From Patescibacteria group bacterium (GTDB lineage Bacteria; Patescibacteriota; Microgenomatia; Levybacterales; UBA12049): a stretch of 64,000 nucleotides of DNA. The notes beneath the pieces are model-generated. The model was not told where the DNA came from and did no database searches. It was given only the letters and a program-made list of their open reading frames with translations. The translations under genes and the position numbers were made by a program. Of the stretch, positions 39,639 to 49,932 are shown in pieces (the first letter of the stretch is position 1; every line of letters starts with the position of its first letter). Location: contig JBBTTO010000002.1 of NCBI GenBank assembly GCA_038064195.1, positions 269,356-333,355 of the forward strand, read 5' to 3'.

Positions 39639-40736
39639 ATGGACAATCAAGCTCTACAAAAAATCCGCGAAACTATCAGTCGCAGCCAGCAGGTCAGCCT
39701 TGCTGTCGGTAAAAATCCGACTATCGATCAGATGGCCTCAGCTTTAGGTCTAGCTTTAACTCTGGAAGCACAAGGAAAAAAGGTCAGTGTTGTTTCCCCG
39801 ACCGCGCCAATTGTGGAAGTATCATCTCTTGTTGGTATTGATAAGGTCAAAACATCAAGTGAAGGATCAAGCGGAGACCTCGTCGTATCATTCCCTTATC
39901 GTGAAGGTGAAATTGAGAAAGTTTCCTACACAATTGATGACGGATTTCTCAACATCGTGGTTAAAGCAGGTGAGTCCGGTCTTACTTTCACTGAACGGGA
40001 TGTGACCTATAAACGTGGTACTGATAAGCCTGAACTTTTGATAACTATCGGTATTACAAGAATGGGTGATGTAACCGGACTTTTCTCAGAAGAGGCACTA
40101 AAAGACGTTATGATTATCAATATCGATAATAGTAATGATAACGAAGGTTATGGCGGTATGGTTTTGGTTTCACCTAAATTCTCATCTCTTTCAGAGCAAG
40201 TCGCTGACTTGATGCTCAACTTGGGATATGACATTGATATTGATGTTGCCCAAAATCTCCTTTCAGGTTTGACAACTGCAACAGATAATTTCCAGAGTCC
40301 CAATACTTCGTATCTGGCATTTGAGATAGCGGCAATTTTACTGAAGCGAGGAGCACGGAGAGATCGATCACGTGCCGTTGAAGCATCTCGACCGATGCAG
40401 CAGGCGCAACAACCAGCGCAGCAGCCCTTTCCCCGCCCGCAGCCACGACCTCAGCAGCAGGTTCAGCAACCACGACGTGAAGACAGACAGGATAGACGAG
40501 ATGTAATCCGCGATGCGTTGAGAGCTCAATCACAAGCACGGGGTACTGCGCAACCGCAAGTACAAGAACCGGTGCAACCATTAGAGCAAGACGTCCAGCC
40601 GATGCAGGTTCGTCAGGAACAACCACGTCCCGATCGGCCGGTAGCACAGCCTCAGGCCCAGAATAGATCCCAGGATCAAAAGCCGCCTTCTGATTGGTTA
40701 ACACCAAAGGTTTATAAGGGTTCTTCAAGCATCTAA
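39639..40736 (+). CDS. DHH-family phosphoesterase (NrnA-like) with Q/P-rich disordered C-terminal tail
   Basis: The N-terminal ~240 aa are DHH/DHHA1-like and sit in the usual nusA-infB neighbourhood. The C-terminal ~120 aa are Gln/Pro/Arg-rich low complexity. Confidence 0.5.
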   Translation: MDNQALQKIRETISRSQQVSLAVGKNPTIDQMASALGLALTLEAQGKKVSVVSPTAPIVEVSSLVGIDKVKTSSEGSSGDLVVSFPYREGEIEKVSYTIDDGFLNIVVKAGESGLTFTERDVTYKRGTDKPELLITIGITRMGDVTGLFSEEALKDVMIINIDNSNDNEGYGGMVLVSPKFSSLSEQVADLMLNLGYDIDIDVAQNLLSGLTTATDNFQSPNTSYLAFEIAAILLKRGARRDRSRAVEASRPMQQAQQPAQQPFPRPQPRPQQQVQQPRREDRQDRRDVIRDALRAQSQARGTAQPQVQEPVQPLEQDVQPMQVRQEQPRPDRPVAQPQAQNRSQDQKPPSDWLTPKVYKGSSSI

Positions 40737-40749
40737 GAGTATTAAGCGT

Positions 40750-40781
40750 CTTGTCATTTGCGAGGATCCGCTAGCTGGCGG
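40750..40781 (+). repeat. Left copy of ~32-bp imperfect inverted repeat flanking gene 40858..41979
   Basis: cttgtcatttgcgaggatccgctagctggcgg. The reverse complement of the right copy is cttgtcattgcgaggagtccgccagctggcgg (~29/32 identical). It contains the palindrome CCGC(C/T)AGCTGGCGG. Confidence 0.7.
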
Positions 40782-40857
40782 AGGCAAAGCAATCTGATAA
40801 AAACTTTTCCATATAACTCAATTTGACGAGTAGCTTCATTTCTGAAATACTAAACTT

Positions 40858-41979
40858 ATGGATCCGCAATCCTCACCACCACCAACACCTATCGCAAATA
40901 CTGAACACTCACCAGTTTCACAACAGCCACCAGTTTTACCTCCCTCAAATCCTCATTCCCGTAGAAAGCTAATAGTTTATGGTTTTATCGCTGTAGTAGG
41001 TTTAATCGCTCTCCTCGTGGGAGCCTATACTCTCGGAGTCCAAAAATCACCAAAAAACGTAATCCCAGCCACTCCCACACCGGTCAAGAAAGCCGCCGAA
41101 ATAGACCCCACAGCAAACTGGAAGAGATATACTAGTGGTCGTTATAGTTTCAAATATCCTCCTGCGGCAGAACTTGAGGAAAAGCTTGACGGTTCTGTAA
41201 AAGTTTCTATGTCCGGTGCTGATTTCAAATCCACGGCAACATTCAGTGAAGTAAAATACACCGGGAAAATTGGAGACTTTGTAAGAGAAAAAGCAAAAGA
41301 TACTTCAAAATACACATTCCAAGGACCAGCTCAACCGATTAATTTTAGAGAAGGGTATGCCTATTCTGAAAAAGATTCAACTGTAAATCATGCTTACATA
41401 TATTTAGACAATACAACCGCTTTGTATATAGAGTATAAAACTCAAGGAATTGATCGAACGCTTGATGACATATTCCTGTCATTAGAATTCACCAACCCAG
41501 ATGAGGCTGTTGATACATCAAATTGGAAAACCTACTCACCTCCAGACAAATATTTCTCAGTTAAATATCCAGCAAACTGGATTATTGAGAGCAATCTAGA
41601 AAAATACCCATCAATACAAGATGCTGAAGAAGTAAGTGGCAATCACTTCTCTGTCTGGAGTACAGACCAGTCAAAATTAGGTAGTCAATCTGTGCCTAGT
41701 GATGAGTTAAAAGTAGAAGCAAATGTATATACAAATATTACACAATCACTCGATAATTGGGCAAAAGCAGCAAATGGAGAAATTTTAAAGTCAGAAAATA
41801 TTACAATAAATTCAAAATCAGCTAAAAAAGTATGGAGGAAAGATGTCCTTGGATTCCAGCATTTATCTATTTATTATAAAGACGGAAATAAAGGTTTAAG
41901 TATTGATTCATGGCCATACAACTCTATATATTCAAAAGAATTCGACGCAATTGCAAAAAGCTTCAAATTCGCCGACTGA
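40858..41979 (+). CDS. Hypothetical membrane-anchored protein with Pro-rich N-tail and two internal repeat domains
   Basis: 373 aa. Pro-rich N-terminus, a TM (LIVYGFIAVVGLIALLVGAYTL) and two copies of an NWK.Y....YF..KYP-containing domain. It is flanked by inverted repeats. Confidence 0.45.
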   Translation: MDPQSSPPPTPIANTEHSPVSQQPPVLPPSNPHSRRKLIVYGFIAVVGLIALLVGAYTLGVQKSPKNVIPATPTPVKKAAEIDPTANWKRYTSGRYSFKYPPAAELEEKLDGSVKVSMSGADFKSTATFSEVKYTGKIGDFVREKAKDTSKYTFQGPAQPINFREGYAYSEKDSTVNHAYIYLDNTTALYIEYKTQGIDRTLDDIFLSLEFTNPDEAVDTSNWKTYSPPDKYFSVKYPANWIIESNLEKYPSIQDAEEVSGNHFSVWSTDQSKLGSQSVPSDELKVEANVYTNITQSLDNWAKAANGEILKSENITINSKSAKKVWRKDVLGFQHLSIYYKDGNKGLSIDSWPYNSIYSKEFDAIAKSFKFAD

Positions 41980-42001
41980 ATAACAGAGATTGCCACGTCG
42001 C

Positions 42002-42033
42002 CCGCCAGCTGGCGGACTCCTCGCAATGACAAG
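42002..42033 (+). repeat. Right copy of inverted repeat flanking gene 40858..41979
   Basis: ccgccagctggcggactcctcgcaatgacaag, the reverse complement of the left copy with 3 differences. Confidence 0.7.
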
Positions 42034-42098
42034 CTACGAGCCACACGCACCCCTTGATACTTGTGATACCCTCAATTATTATGCTATAATACACTCCT

Positions 42099-42368
42099 AT
42101 GCCACTTTCAGTGACACAAAAACAAGATATTATTAAAGAATTTCAGACAGTCGATGGTGATACAGGAAGTCCCGAAGTACAGATTGCACTTCTTACCCAT
42201 CGTATCACAAGACTTTCTGAGCACTTGAAAGATCATGCTCATGATGTCCACAGTCGTCGGGGATTACTCTCGATGATCGCAAAGAGACGCCGACTCCTTA
42301 ACTTTTTAGTTAAAGTTGATAAAACAAGGTCTTCTGATATAAAGAAAAAGATCGGATTGAAAGATTAA
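42099..42368 (+). CDS. rpsO: 30S ribosomal protein S15
   Basis: 89 aa with conserved S15 helices (..GSPEVQIALLTHRITRLSEHLKDHAHDVHSRRGLL..). Confidence 0.9.
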   Translation: MPLSVTQKQDIIKEFQTVDGDTGSPEVQIALLTHRITRLSEHLKDHAHDVHSRRGLLSMIAKRRRLLNFLVKVDKTRSSDIKKKIGLKD

Positions 42369-42371
42369 GAA

Positions 42372-44789
42372 ATGGAAAAAGCCTCCCTTACACTTGATTT
42401 TGCAGGTAAGATACTGACATTCTCAACAGGTCACCTTGCTCCTCAAGCTACGTCATCTGTCCTTGCCCAATTGGGCGATACAGTCGTGCTGGTAACTGTT
42501 GTTGCCGGTAAGATCCGTGATGATATTGATTATTTCCCACTTAGTGTCGAATACACAGAAAAGCTCTATGCAGGCGGACGTATTAAAGGCAGTAGATGGG
42601 TAAAACGAGAAGGCAGGCCGACAGATGATGCTATCCTTATCGGACGACTCATTGATCGTTCAATCCGTCCTCTTTTTCCTAAAGAATATAAAAATGAAGT
42701 TCAGGTAGTGGTGACTGTCTTATCAGTTGACGGTGAGCATGAGCCTGATATTTTAGCACTCAATGCAGTATCGGCTGCACTTGCTATGTCACCGATTCCG
42801 TGGAAAGGACCAATTGGTGCTATCCGTATGGGTACGGTTAAAGATATTGAGTCCGGTAAGTTAGGCCTTATCCACAACCCGACCTCACCTGAGAGTGCTG
42901 TCTCAGAACTTGATATTGTCGTTTCACAGAGTAAAGATTTGACAGTCATGCTCGAAGCAGGAGCACTCCAAGTCCCCGAAGAAACAGTCCATGAAGCAAT
43001 CGTCGCGGCTCACACTGAGACACAAAAAATGATTAAAGCTATCGAAGATCTTGTTAAAAAGTCAGGTCAGACAAAGCATGAAGTTAAGCCAAATACCAAA
43101 CAAAATGACGCCATCGCCATCATTGAGAAGGGGTACAAAAAAGAAGTTGAGGATTTGATTGCGGGCAGAGCTAACAAAGAAGGTTCGGGTTCAGAGACAG
43201 ATGAACTCATTGCTAAGATTTTGGAGCAGGAAAAAATTGATAATCCAGAGACAGAGATTGATAAAAAGATTTTAGGCAAAGCGCTTGAATATGTGATGTT
43301 TAAGATTATCCGTAACAACGTTGTCAAAAAACAGGCCAGACCTGACGGCCGCAAGGTAGATGAAATCCGCACCATTAATGTTGAGTCGGGTATTTTGCCT
43401 CGTACTCATGGCTCAGCGCTTTTTGAGCGTGGCCTCACACAGGCACTCACCATTGTAACGCTTGGTTCTCCCCGCATGGAGCAGCTCATTGAATCAGCCG
43501 AAGGTGAAGAATCCAAACGCTACATTCATCACTACTCAGGGCCACCCTATTCAGTCGGAGAAGCAGGCCGTATCGGTACTCCATCCAGGCGCGAAATCGG
43601 TCATGGGGCATTGGCTGAGCGTGCGCTACAGGCAGTTATCCCAACTCAGGATAAGTTTCCTTACACAATCAGGATTGTTTCTGAAGTCCTGTCACAGAAC
43701 GGCTCAAGTTCAATGGCTTCAACGTGCGGTTCAACGCTTGCCCTTATGGATGCCGGTGTGCCGATTCTTAAACCGGTCGCAGGTATTTCAATCGGTATGA
43801 TGTCAAATGACGAAGACTACGTATTGTTGACAGACATTATCGGCCTTGAGGATTTCTCAGGCGATATGGATTTCAAAGTAGCCGGGACAGATAGTGGCGT
43901 AACAGCAATTCAGCTGGATGTTAAGGTGCCTGGTCTGACTGATAAGCAAATTAAAGAAATTTTTGAGAGAGCTAAGTCTGCTCGTATGAGTATTTTGGAG
44001 AAAATGCTTGCGGTGATGCCTGAGACTCGCAAGGCTATCTCAACTTATGCTCCAAAGATTGAGCAAATTCAAATCCCGGTTGACAAGATCGGTGAGTTGA
44101 TCGGTCCGGGCGGAAAGAATATCAAAAATATCATCGCGACAACCGGCGCGCAGGTCGATGTCGAGGATGACGGTAAAGTTACCATCTCAGGCACTGATCA
44201 GGAAGCAGTCCAAAAAGCAGTTGACTGGATCACAGGTATTATGCGTGAGGTACAAGTCGGGGAAGAATTTGAAGGACCGGTCAAGCGTATCCTTCCTTTC
44301 GGAGCCTTCGTTGAAATACTTCCCGGTAAAGAAGGAATGGTTCATGTCTCAAAAATGGGGCAAGGATTTGTCAATAGTCCTGAAGACGTTGTCACACTTG
44401 GTCAAGTTGTCAAAGTTAAGGTTTATGAGATTGACGATCAGGGTAGAATTAATTTGACAATGAAATTCGGTGAGGCAGAGGGAACTAATGAGCCATCGGG
44501 CAGCGGTCCTGCGGGCGGGAGTGGCCCTCGTCGGGAGTACTCAGCCGCCGGTCCTAGTCGTGATCGCAGACCGGGCGGAAGTCGACCTTTTGAGCGTCGT
44601 TCTGACAGCAGACGTCCTTTTGAGCGTCGTCCCGAAGGCAGTACCTATAATCGTGAACCACGTCCTTTTTCAGCTCCAGCTGCTGAAGGTCCGGGAGCAC
44701 CTGCCAGGCATCCATTATCAGCTCAATTTGAAAGAGAGAGACGCGAGAAGGCTCGAACATCAGGTCCCCGACGTCGAACGCACTATTAA
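42372..44789 (+). CDS. pnp: Polyribonucleotide nucleotidyltransferase (PNPase) with Arg/Pro/Gly-rich C-terminal extension
   Basis: Two RNase PH domains, KH and S1 (..GMVHVSKMG..), plus a ~100-aa basic tail containing the tandem SRPFERR / SRRPFERR repeat. Confidence 0.9.
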   Translation: MEKASLTLDFAGKILTFSTGHLAPQATSSVLAQLGDTVVLVTVVAGKIRDDIDYFPLSVEYTEKLYAGGRIKGSRWVKREGRPTDDAILIGRLIDRSIRPLFPKEYKNEVQVVVTVLSVDGEHEPDILALNAVSAALAMSPIPWKGPIGAIRMGTVKDIESGKLGLIHNPTSPESAVSELDIVVSQSKDLTVMLEAGALQVPEETVHEAIVAAHTETQKMIKAIEDLVKKSGQTKHEVKPNTKQNDAIAIIEKGYKKEVEDLIAGRANKEGSGSETDELIAKILEQEKIDNPETEIDKKILGKALEYVMFKIIRNNVVKKQARPDGRKVDEIRTINVESGILPRTHGSALFERGLTQALTIVTLGSPRMEQLIESAEGEESKRYIHHYSGPPYSVGEAGRIGTPSRREIGHGALAERALQAVIPTQDKFPYTIRIVSEVLSQNGSSSMASTCGSTLALMDAGVPILKPVAGISIGMMSNDEDYVLLTDIIGLEDFSGDMDFKVAGTDSGVTAIQLDVKVPGLTDKQIKEIFERAKSARMSILEKMLAVMPETRKAISTYAPKIEQIQIPVDKIGELIGPGGKNIKNIIATTGAQVDVEDDGKVTISGTDQEAVQKAVDWITGIMREVQVGEEFEGPVKRILPFGAFVEILPGKEGMVHVSKMGQGFVNSPEDVVTLGQVVKVKVYEIDDQGRINLTMKFGEAEGTNEPSGSGPAGGSGPRREYSAAGPSRDRRPGGSRPFERRSDSRRPFERRPEGSTYNREPRPFSAPAAEGPGAPARHPLSAQFERERREKARTSGPRRRTHY

Positions 44790-44869
44790 ATTTACTTTTC
44801 CTTTTGGTTGTATTTTTTTCTCGCTACCTAGTTTTGCTTTAAGCTAAATTGGTGTAAGATAGTACTACT

Positions 44870-45985
44870 ATGCTTGATACTGCCCTACCGACGTCTACTG
44901 TGCCGGCTACTACCGGAACTCCGGCCCAGTCGAGTGATCAGATCCGTAAATTAGGCGAGCGGGTTGAAAAAGCCCAACTGCCTGAAATTCTTAAACAAAA
45001 TCTGCTTGAGCGTATCTCACGTCTTGCTCTTATCCGCGCGAGCGCTGGCTTTATGAGTGCTAATTATATTCTGGAATATGAAAATACGGCAACCTATGTT
45101 AACTGGATTGTCGGGCTTCCCTGGCATCAGGCAACAACTGATCTACTGGATCTTGCTAAGGCCAAACAGATAATGGATCAAAATCATTATGGTTTGGTAC
45201 CCATTAAGGAGCGGATTCTTGATTATTTGGCAACAATTATTCTCAATATGAAAAATCAACGACAGGACATTATTCATCGGGCACCGATTCTTTGTCTTGT
45301 CGGTCTTGCGGGTACAGGTAAAACAACGCTTGCCCATTCCATAGCTGATGCGCTCGGTAAGCATTTTGAGAGGATTCCTTTCGGAGGTATGGCTGATTCA
45401 CGGGCACTTCGCGGTCAATCGAAAGCGTTTCCGGATGCGGAGCCAGGATATGTTGTTAAAAAGTTATTTCATGCCCAGGCGAATAACTCGGTAGTACTGC
45501 TTGATGAATTGGATCGTGTCACCGAGTCGTCGAGAGCTGACATTATGGGTGTTTTGGTCGAACTTCTCGATCCTGAGCAGAATTTTGCCTTTACGGATCA
45601 TTATGTCGACTTTCCTTTTGATCTTTCCAATGTGCTTTTTATAGCAACGGCTAACAACACCAGCAATATCTCAACAGCTGTCCTTGATCGTTTGGAGATT
45701 ATCCAGATGCCTTCCTATACGGATGAGGAAAAAATCGTGATTGCTAAAAAATACCTATTTGGAAAAATCCGAACCGAGACGGGTTTGACTGATCAACAGG
45801 TCATCATTGATGAGACCGTGTGGCCTAATATCATAAGGCCTTTGGGATTTGATTCGGGGATCAGGTCACTTGAGCGAACAATTGAGGGTGTTTGCCGGAA
45901 AGTAGCCAGACAAATTGTCGAGGGCAAAGTCCAGGCAGTTCGCGTGACTGATGCCAATTTTAAAGAATATCTGCCCACCTGGTAA
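44870..45985 (+). CDS. Lon-like AAA+ ATPase module only (no LON N-domain, no protease domain)
   Basis: Matches the Lon segment from the pre-AAA helix (..YVNWIVGLPW..) through Walker A (GLAGTGKTTL), Walker B (VLLDELDR), the sensor and the alpha-helical lid. It ends where the protease domain would begin. The next gene, rnj, starts 20 nt later. Confidence 0.65.
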   Translation: MLDTALPTSTVPATTGTPAQSSDQIRKLGERVEKAQLPEILKQNLLERISRLALIRASAGFMSANYILEYENTATYVNWIVGLPWHQATTDLLDLAKAKQIMDQNHYGLVPIKERILDYLATIILNMKNQRQDIIHRAPILCLVGLAGTGKTTLAHSIADALGKHFERIPFGGMADSRALRGQSKAFPDAEPGYVVKKLFHAQANNSVVLLDELDRVTESSRADIMGVLVELLDPEQNFAFTDHYVDFPFDLSNVLFIATANNTSNISTAVLDRLEIIQMPSYTDEEKIVIAKKYLFGKIRTETGLTDQQVIIDETVWPNIIRPLGFDSGIRSLERTIEGVCRKVARQIVEGKVQAVRVTDANFKEYLPTW

Positions 45986-46004
45986 CAGGTATCACTAACA
46001 ACAT

Positions 46005-47720
46005 ATGGATACAAAGCCAAAAAATTTACCACAGCCTATTTTCATTCAGGACACCTTGTCTGTTATTCCGCTTGGCGGGATAGAGGATGTCACAAAAAAT
46101 ATGTATGTTTATGAGTATAAGGACGAAATACTCATTGTTGACTGCGGTATCGGTTTTGCCGATGCTTCAGCCATCGGAGTCGATCTCCTGCTGCCTGATA
46201 TAACCTATCTGTTGCAGACCTGTCTGCCGGCAGGCACGGCGAAGAAGAAAATCGTCGGGCTTTTCCTCAGTCATGGCCATGAGGATCACATAGGCGCACT
46301 GCCTTTTATCCTCCCGCAACTCCCGAAATTTCCTGTCTTTGCTACCCCTTTCACTGCAGCTCTTGCTAACGCCAAATTAAAAGACTTTGAATTACCGGCA
46401 AATATTCAGTCGGTGTCATTTACCGACAGACCGATAACGCTGGGAAAATTCAGCGTCAATTTTATTCAGGTTACTCACTCAGTGCCTGATACAGCTCATA
46501 TTTTTATCAAGACACCGGTCGGGAATATCTACCATGGCAGTGATTTTAAGATCGATCTGACACCCTATGATAACAAACGGATGGATTTTAAAAGTATTGT
46601 TAACGCTTCACGTGAGGGTGTCCTCATCCAGATGACCGATTCCTTGGGCTCTGATCGACCGGGTCAGACGCCGTCTGAGAACGGTCTTGATCGCACTTTC
46701 GAGCGTATTATGAAGGAGTGCAGTGGAAAATGTATTGTTACGACCTATTCCTCCAATGTCTCACGTATCAATCAAGTCATCGCTGCTGCTCAGAAGTCGA
46801 AAAGAAAAGTATGCTTTGTCGGACGGTCACTGATCAAAGTAACAGATGTCGCACGTCGCTTGGGATATCTCCAAGTTGAAGAAGGGACAATTATTGAGTT
46901 AGCACATGTTCCCAATTATCCTGAAAATCAGATTGTACTTGTGGTTGCGGGGAGTCAAGGTCAGGAGAATTCAGCCATGACACGTATTGCCGAAGGAGAG
47001 CATCGGGAGATCCACTTAGGCTCCAAAGACGTAGTCGTCTTTTCAGCCGATCCTATCCCAGGGAATGAGGAAGCAGTCAATGAGTTGATTGATAGTATTG
47101 CCAAAACGGGGGCAAAGGCCTTCACCTCAGAGAGCGGTCTTTTGCTGCATGTTTCAGGGCATGGCTCCCAGCAGGATCATCTCCTGATGATGTCACTTCT
47201 TAAGGCCAAATATATCATCCCCATCAGCGGTAACTACAAGCACTTAGTGGGGTATAAAGAATTGTCTCGCAAACTTGATTATACCGATAAACAAGTTCTC
47301 ATTCTTGAAAATGGTCAGGAGGTCATCTTCAGCAGCAGCAGCTATAAATTAGGTCGTAAAATCCCGACCAAAAATGTGTATGTCGATCAAATGTCCGGTG
47401 AGGAAGTCGAAGGATTTGTCCTGCGAGACCGTGAGAAATTAGCTAAAGACGGAATCGTTATTCTTATGGTGGAAGTCAGCGCAAATGATGGACAGCTGAC
47501 TAATAACCCGATTATCATCGGTCGGGGCTTACTTCCTAAAGACGCAAAAGCTTTGGAGGTATCTCTCACCCATGAAATTAAGAAAACACTTTCGCAGAAA
47601 AGGGGGCGAATCAGTAACTGGGTACATATCCGTAAGCAACTTGAAGAAACCTCAAGTAAGCATATTTTCAATAAGTTGCGTCGTCGTCCACTCGTTTTGC
47701 CGATTGTTATTGAAGTATAG
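46005..47720 (+). CDS. rnj: Ribonuclease J (metallo-beta-lactamase / beta-CASP)
   Basis: HxHxDH motif (LSHGHEDHIG), beta-CASP motifs and a C-terminal domain. 571 aa. Confidence 0.85.
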   Translation: MDTKPKNLPQPIFIQDTLSVIPLGGIEDVTKNMYVYEYKDEILIVDCGIGFADASAIGVDLLLPDITYLLQTCLPAGTAKKKIVGLFLSHGHEDHIGALPFILPQLPKFPVFATPFTAALANAKLKDFELPANIQSVSFTDRPITLGKFSVNFIQVTHSVPDTAHIFIKTPVGNIYHGSDFKIDLTPYDNKRMDFKSIVNASREGVLIQMTDSLGSDRPGQTPSENGLDRTFERIMKECSGKCIVTTYSSNVSRINQVIAAAQKSKRKVCFVGRSLIKVTDVARRLGYLQVEEGTIIELAHVPNYPENQIVLVVAGSQGQENSAMTRIAEGEHREIHLGSKDVVVFSADPIPGNEEAVNELIDSIAKTGAKAFTSESGLLLHVSGHGSQQDHLLMMSLLKAKYIIPISGNYKHLVGYKELSRKLDYTDKQVLILENGQEVIFSSSSYKLGRKIPTKNVYVDQMSGEEVEGFVLRDREKLAKDGIVILMVEVSANDGQLTNNPIIIGRGLLPKDAKALEVSLTHEIKKTLSQKRGRISNWVHIRKQLEETSSKHIFNKLRRRPLVLPIVIEV

Positions 47721-47784
47721 CCATGCGGTCCAGCGCAGTGAATAGCTATTTGCGCTATGCTTTTTGAACTCCTATAATAGTCTT

Positions 47785-49917
47785 ATGAAGTCGCGGCGTG
47801 GTCACTACCGGAAAAAAGGTAAACTCAAACTCAAAAAAAATACCGTTTATACCCTCTTTGCAGTCGGACTCTTTTTGGCCACCGGACTTGTGTTCCTGTC
47901 ATTTATGGGTAATGGTCCGTCTTCGGATCGTATCAATGAAGTGTTGAGTACAAAATTCGGCGGTCTTTCTATCCTTTTTCCCTTTGTCCTCTTTTTCTTT
48001 GCTTTCCTGATGCTTCGTCTTAAGAAGTTTTTTTTGTCCCGGGCAAATGTAGCCTTTGGGTTTTTGGTCTTTTTTGCCTCCTTACTCGGTCTGACACGGG
48101 CAGGTACGGTTGGAGAGGGAATGTTCAGAATTTTTGAGGAGATCCTGACGACAATAGGTGCGGATCTGGTCTTTTTGGCAGGATTTGTCATCGGAATTAT
48201 CGTCTTTTTTGATACCTCAGTTGACGATATAGTCAATGGGGTTAAGGCGTTAGCTGCTAATGCTCATCGTTTGGTGCCTTTAAGCATCTTCAGGAGAGGA
48301 AGCAAAGATGACAAATCACAACTGGATCGCTCCAAGCCGATTACGATTAAAGGCGGGCAGAAAGATATGGCAATAGCAACGAGTAAAGATGGAAATCAGA
48401 CGCCACTTATTAATAAAAAAGAACCTGAAGAGCTGATATCTGCCAAATTAGTCACCAATGTCTTGGGGGATACCGGGAATGGCATCTGGGAGTATCCGTC
48501 ACTCTCACTTCTCAATGAGTCCCCCGGTGCTAAAGCGGAGCGTGGGGATATCAATAAAATTGCCCGTAAGATTGAGGAGACACTGCAGAGTTTTGGCGTT
48601 GAAGCACGTGTGGCTGAGGTGAATTTGGGTCCGGCTGTCACACAGTATGCGCTCGAGCTGGCTCTCGGAACCAAGGTCTCCAAGATCACCTCTCTTGCCA
48701 ATGACCTGGCGTTGGCAACGGAGGCGCCGACAGGGCAGATTCGTATCGAGGCTCCGATCCCGGGGCGCAATTTAGTCGGTATTGAAATACCTAACCGCTC
48801 CCTTGAAGTAGTAACGCTTAGGACCATGCTGGCTTCAAGCGCCATGCAGAAAAGCAAATCCAAACTAGTTATTTCAATGGGACTTGATGTCTCAGGAAAT
48901 CCAATTATTGCTGATATCGCCAAAATGCCTCACGTTTTGGTCGCAGGTACTACCGGGTCAGGTAAATCGGTGCTGGTTAACTCATTTATCTGCTCACTCC
49001 TTTTCCGTGCGTCCCCACAGGAGGTAAAATTAATCCTGATTGATCCGAAGCGTGTCGAGTTCACTTCGTTTAACGGTATTCCTCACTTATTGACACCGGT
49101 TATTGTGGAAGTCGAGAAGATCCTGTCTGCCCTGAAATGGGCGATGGGCGAGATGGACAGGCGTTACAGGCTCTTTGCCGAGCGGGGAGTGCGCAATATC
49201 GAAAGCTACAATGAGCTCTCAGGCTTTCAGGCCCTCCCATATATTGTTATCGTGGTTGATGAGTTGGCAGATTTGATGATGTTTGCCCCGGTTGAGGTTG
49301 AGGATGCTATTGCCAGAATTGCTCAGATGGCCCGTGCTACGGGAATTCATCTGGTCATCGCTACTCAGAGGCCTTCAGTCAATGTCATTACCGGTCTTAT
49401 CAAAGCCAACATCCCGGCTCGTATTGCCTTTAATGTGTCGTCAATGATTGATTCACGGGTCATTATCGATAGTCCGGGAGCTGAGAAGTTACTCGGAAGG
49501 GGAGACATGTTATATATCCCACCGGATCAAGCCAAGCCAACCCGTATCCAGGGAGCATTCGTCTCTGAGAAAGAAGTAAAGAAGTTAGTTGATTTTCTGA
49601 AATCCAACAATTACCCTGTGGAATACACAGAGGAAGTGACCAATCAGCCATTACCTCTTAAAGGGAGAGGGGTTGGGGGAGCATCAGATGGCGGAAAAGA
49701 TCCGATGTTTGAGGAAGTAGTAAGGCTTGTCTGTCAATTTGATACGGCCAGCGCGTCATTCCTGCAGCGTAAGATGTCGATCGGCTACTCACGGGCTGCC
49801 AGGATACTTGATCAACTGGAAGAGGCGGGAATTGTTGGCCATGCTGAAGGGTCCAAGCCACGAGATGTCTTGGTACGTAACGCTGAAGAGTTCCTTACCG
49901 CCTCCCAGCAACAATAA
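47785..49917 (+). CDS. ftsK: DNA translocase FtsK/SpoIIIE
   Basis: N-terminal TM helices, Walker A (AGTTGSGKS), Walker B (IVVVDELAD) and a gamma domain (winged helix). The start was taken at ATG 47785, after TATAAT at 47773; the ORF track begins at TTG 47764. Confidence 0.85.
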   Translation: MKSRRGHYRKKGKLKLKKNTVYTLFAVGLFLATGLVFLSFMGNGPSSDRINEVLSTKFGGLSILFPFVLFFFAFLMLRLKKFFLSRANVAFGFLVFFASLLGLTRAGTVGEGMFRIFEEILTTIGADLVFLAGFVIGIIVFFDTSVDDIVNGVKALAANAHRLVPLSIFRRGSKDDKSQLDRSKPITIKGGQKDMAIATSKDGNQTPLINKKEPEELISAKLVTNVLGDTGNGIWEYPSLSLLNESPGAKAERGDINKIARKIEETLQSFGVEARVAEVNLGPAVTQYALELALGTKVSKITSLANDLALATEAPTGQIRIEAPIPGRNLVGIEIPNRSLEVVTLRTMLASSAMQKSKSKLVISMGLDVSGNPIIADIAKMPHVLVAGTTGSGKSVLVNSFICSLLFRASPQEVKLILIDPKRVEFTSFNGIPHLLTPVIVEVEKILSALKWAMGEMDRRYRLFAERGVRNIESYNELSGFQALPYIVIVVDELADLMMFAPVEVEDAIARIAQMARATGIHLVIATQRPSVNVITGLIKANIPARIAFNVSSMIDSRVIIDSPGAEKLLGRGDMLYIPPDQAKPTRIQGAFVSEKEVKKLVDFLKSNNYPVEYTEEVTNQPLPLKGRGVGGASDGGKDPMFEEVVRLVCQFDTASASFLQRKMSIGYSRAARILDQLEEAGIVGHAEGSKPRDVLVRNAEEFLTASQQQ

Positions 49918-49932
49918 AGGAAAACACCATGT

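Noticed and set aside
47764-47784. TTG start for ftsK as given in the ORF track
   Set aside because: An in-frame ATG at 47785 lies immediately after a TATAAT box and is a more plausible start.
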